Positions 61,016 through 64,000 of a stretch of DNA of 64,000 nt are shown here, in pieces. Both the position numbers and the translations under genes were made by a program. This DNA is from Marsupella aquatica. Taxonomy: Eukaryota > Plantae > Marchantiophyta. Every line of letters begins with the position of its first letter. Within the stretch, counting starts at the first letter, position 1. The stretch covers positions 4,963,181-5,027,180 of the forward strand of contig OZ316895.1 of the NCBI GenBank assembly GCA_973895155.1, in the 5' to 3' direction. The notes beneath the pieces were generated by a model, which was given only the letters and a program-made list of their open reading frames with translations, ran no database searches and was not told the DNA's origin.

Positions 61016-64000
61016 GCTGCATGCTAACCCGGGGTGCCAAATTGGAAATGGTAGCAACAGGAAATGTCTCCACCCCCCCTCTTTTTCTGGTGGTATGGGG
61101 TGCTGTTGGGAAAGAAACTGACAAGAAAAGAAATGGCAACCCCAAGGCTAGGAAATGAAACCCACAAAGGAAACAAACAATGCGAGGCAGAAATGTGTAG
61201 AATGTGTAAGCACCGAGAAACCGTCAGAGTTTATGCAAATGACATGTGGCGGCAACAAAGAAATCCCGGAAAAATGGGTCCTTAAACGTGAATAGGGCCC
61301 CCCCTTAAATGTATACACATCGGACCTAAATTTCCCCCGTTGTATATACACATCGCACGTCAGAATAAGTGGCCGAGTGGGGACAGGCGCACACGGCCCT
61401 ATGCAGGGTGTTGCCCTGTGTAGGTTGCGCAGTGAATGGCGACCACGGCCGGTAAGAAAAGTCGACTTGAAGCAGGTCGCAGCCAGAAAGAAGTAGGTCG
61501 CGGCCCTATGCACTCCCGTATGTGTATACACAGGGGAGCGGGTGGCAGGGAGAAAGAAAACGGCCGAAAAAGGGAGGACCGGGTACGAACTGTTGAGGCG
61601 AAAAGAAAACAAAAAAGGTGAGGCGAGCAAAAAGAAACCGGCTCCTTAATGGGGCCGAGCCCTGCATAGGGCTTTGCACCCCCTCCCCTCCTTGCAAGCT
61701 GTCGAAGAGGAGCTACGAGCCCCCTTCCCCTCCTTAAATTTATTGTTTTGGGCCTCGTGCCCTGGCAGGAGGACTCCTCCTGAGGGAAGAAGTCGAATGT
61801 ACTCCTCCCTCTCTTTACTCCATCTCCCCCTCCTTTAATGTAGCATAGGGCCTCGTGTCCACTCCTTGCGCTCCTGCAGTCCTGCTCCCCTCCTCCTGGC
61901 TTTAATGTTGCTGAAGGGGCTTTGTGCCCTGCAAGAGGGGACTCCAGGGAGTCGAATGTACTCTCCCCCCCTTGAATGCTTCAGAGCTGCCTAGGGCCTC
62001 GTGCCCTACTTTCGCTTCCCCTCCCCGGGTCCCCTTGCTTTGCTTGGCAGGCCTCCCGAGAGACTCCCTCTCCTCCTTTTAATGCAACATAGGGCCTCGG
62101 GCCCTCCTGCCTTGGCCTGGGGCGAAAATCTACTCCCGAGTGAGGGAGTTCGAATTGGACTCCCCTCCCCTGCTTTAATGCTGCCAAGGATGCTGGCAAC
62201 GGTAGGAAACAAATGAAGGAATGGGCGAGGGAGGAAGAAAAATGCCGAAGGGAGGGCGCGCGGCCCTATGCATGACCCAGGGGCAATGATGAGCCCCGCA
62301 TGTGTATACACAGGCAGGACCAGGAGGCACCTCGCGACGGTAGTTGCGAGGGGAGGCGAAATCAAACAACGGCAGGTGAGGGAAAAGAAAGAACAGGACC
62401 CCAAAGGATCGTGAAAATGTAAAGCGAAGGGAAGGTGGTCGCGCTGCGACTGGAAAACACCGAAAATGGCCCGAAAGGTCGTGGCAGTCAACAGCCGGCA
62501 GCCATAGTTGTAAGCAGCAAAGGGTCCCCGGATGCAACCGGAAAGAAAAAATCAGGCTCCAACAGGAGCGTTATGTGTATACTTATGTTAAGTATACACT
62601 TAACACCATATTGAACCCATAATTTCAACCCGTACCTCCATTGTTGCTCAAAGAAATTGCACCGGCTTTGACGGAAATTGTCTGGACCGACATAGCAGCT
62701 GAGAAGCACAACGTCTTTGATCTTCTTCCCTTCACCGCTAACCCGGCGGCAGTTCTTCTTGAATGAAAGGCGTAAGAGAAACAATCATACTGAAATCGAA
62801 TCGAAAACCGGCGGGATGCCAAGATCGGCCGGGAGCATCTAACGAATCACTGTGTGAATCCCGTGTACGGAACTGACGAGCACTGTCTGAGCTCTGTCAA
62901 CAGCGATTCAAGAAGAACTAAAAACCGACAAAGAAAGACATGCCCTAAGTAGATCAAGTCAAGGCGTCACACTAACAAGCACATTTTGCTTCAAGAATGG
63001 CCCAGACTTGCTACAAGAACATGACACTAACTCAAGTAGTACACTAGCCCTAACTACATACCTAGCGGGCATGCGAGGGACATGCCAATGTGCACAAGCG
63101 GCACTGTCCCTCGGCATGACATCACAAGACTAAGAGCAATCCTTAACAAAGCTTTCTAGCTAGTAGCTAAATTCTATCTAGAAGATTTGTCGCCCAATTT
63201 GTCAATTTATTTTCAAATAATTGAAAATTCTGGACATTTCACTGAAGTCTGACTTTGGCAAGTTTTGAATTAGAAGTTAATAGCCTCATGACCTTGACGC
63301 AACTATTCACCGAATGGAGAAGGGCAAAGCTTAAGCTTTGAGAAGAGAGAAGTATGATTGGGAAGCGAAACTGTTAGTCATGTTGTGTTGGACAAGTATG
63401 ATATATTCTACACTTTGCATTGTTTAAATTATATTTTCTCACGGAAGCATTGTGGACCCATTGAGCAATGGCCGCTTGAGAATTTTGGCATTCCTTCAAC
63501 TGCCACATGAATACTTTGCTTTGCAGGCCAAAGTTGACGACATGGTTATCACAAGCAATTGTCAAATTCAGACCTTTTCGCTACATATATGTTGCAACCA
63601 AATTCTCAAGCTAATTAAGAGGTCAAAATACAATCCATGGCAAGTCCATTACTTTGAAACCAAAACAATGTCTGATCAAATGAATTATATCAGTTCATTG
63701 AATTCAAGTTCCGACTATAGCTAGCAGTTTGCCTAAAAGGTAAAAGGCCAAAAATCTTACTCCAGGTGCTAATTACCCTTTAACAAAAAAGTTATCAAGT
63801 CAGTTATTAGTCATTGTTTGTTATACAAAAGAAATACTTTTTGAATCTTTGAATTTAAGTTTTAAAATTAGAAATGTAACTAAAACGGTTACATAGTGAT
63901 AATTTTACTCGTCTTGCTCTTTGTATTTCTAAATTTTACATTTTCTTTTTACTGCATGGCGTCCCAAACTTTACGTCCAAATTGAGGCAAACACGAATGA

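Larger units (their letters stand above)
53457..63121 (-). mobile_element. Ty3/Gypsy-like DNMT-PHD retrotransposon, family A copy A3 (A-internal-B, no terminal direct repeat)
   Basis: Ends TGTCGTG...CATGACA with a 4-bp TSD TCAC (53453-53456, 63122-63125). Segment A 62763-63121, PPT 53633-53639, segment B 53457-53632. Confidence 0.94.
53137..63148. mobile_element. Conventional solo LTR (~343 bp, TGTT...AACA) split by copy A3
   Basis: TGTTG at 53137 and TAACA ending at 63148. 5-bp TSD AAGCT at 53132-53136 and 63149-63153. The pieces are 53137-53456 and 63126-63148. Confidence 0.75.

Overview
Eukaryotic, land-plant DNA, most likely from a liverwort (inferred from an alpha/beta-hydrolase-NB-ARC-LRR 'HNL' immune receptor). 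There are three spliced host genes, all on the minus strand: the HNL receptor, a METTL2/6-type tRNA methyltransferase fusion and CCB1. About 60% of the window is four copies of two diverged Ty3/Gypsy-like retrotransposon families: family A at 1-7742, 25438-45558 and 53457-63121, and family B at 33595-43157, nested in the second A copy. Their polyprotein reads Gag-PR-DNMT3-like C5 cytosine methyltransferase-RT-RNaseH-integrase-PHD. The most striking signal is the terminal structure, which is not a pair of LTRs. Two copies are A1-internal-PPT-B1-GC-A2-B2 (split direct repeats, known from tyrosine-recombinase PAT/Ngaro elements) even though they encode a DDE integrase, end TG...CA and have 4-bp TSDs. 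A third copy is just A-internal-B with a TSD. All of this fits a permuted LTR (B-GC-A) whose integrase attachment site is an internal palindromic CA-GC-TG junction, implying integration of 2-LTR and 1-LTR circles. A Tf1-like self-priming PBS replaces a tRNA PBS. The window also holds a tRNA-derived SINE, two MITE-like insertions, a conventional solo LTR and a duplicated LRR fragment.
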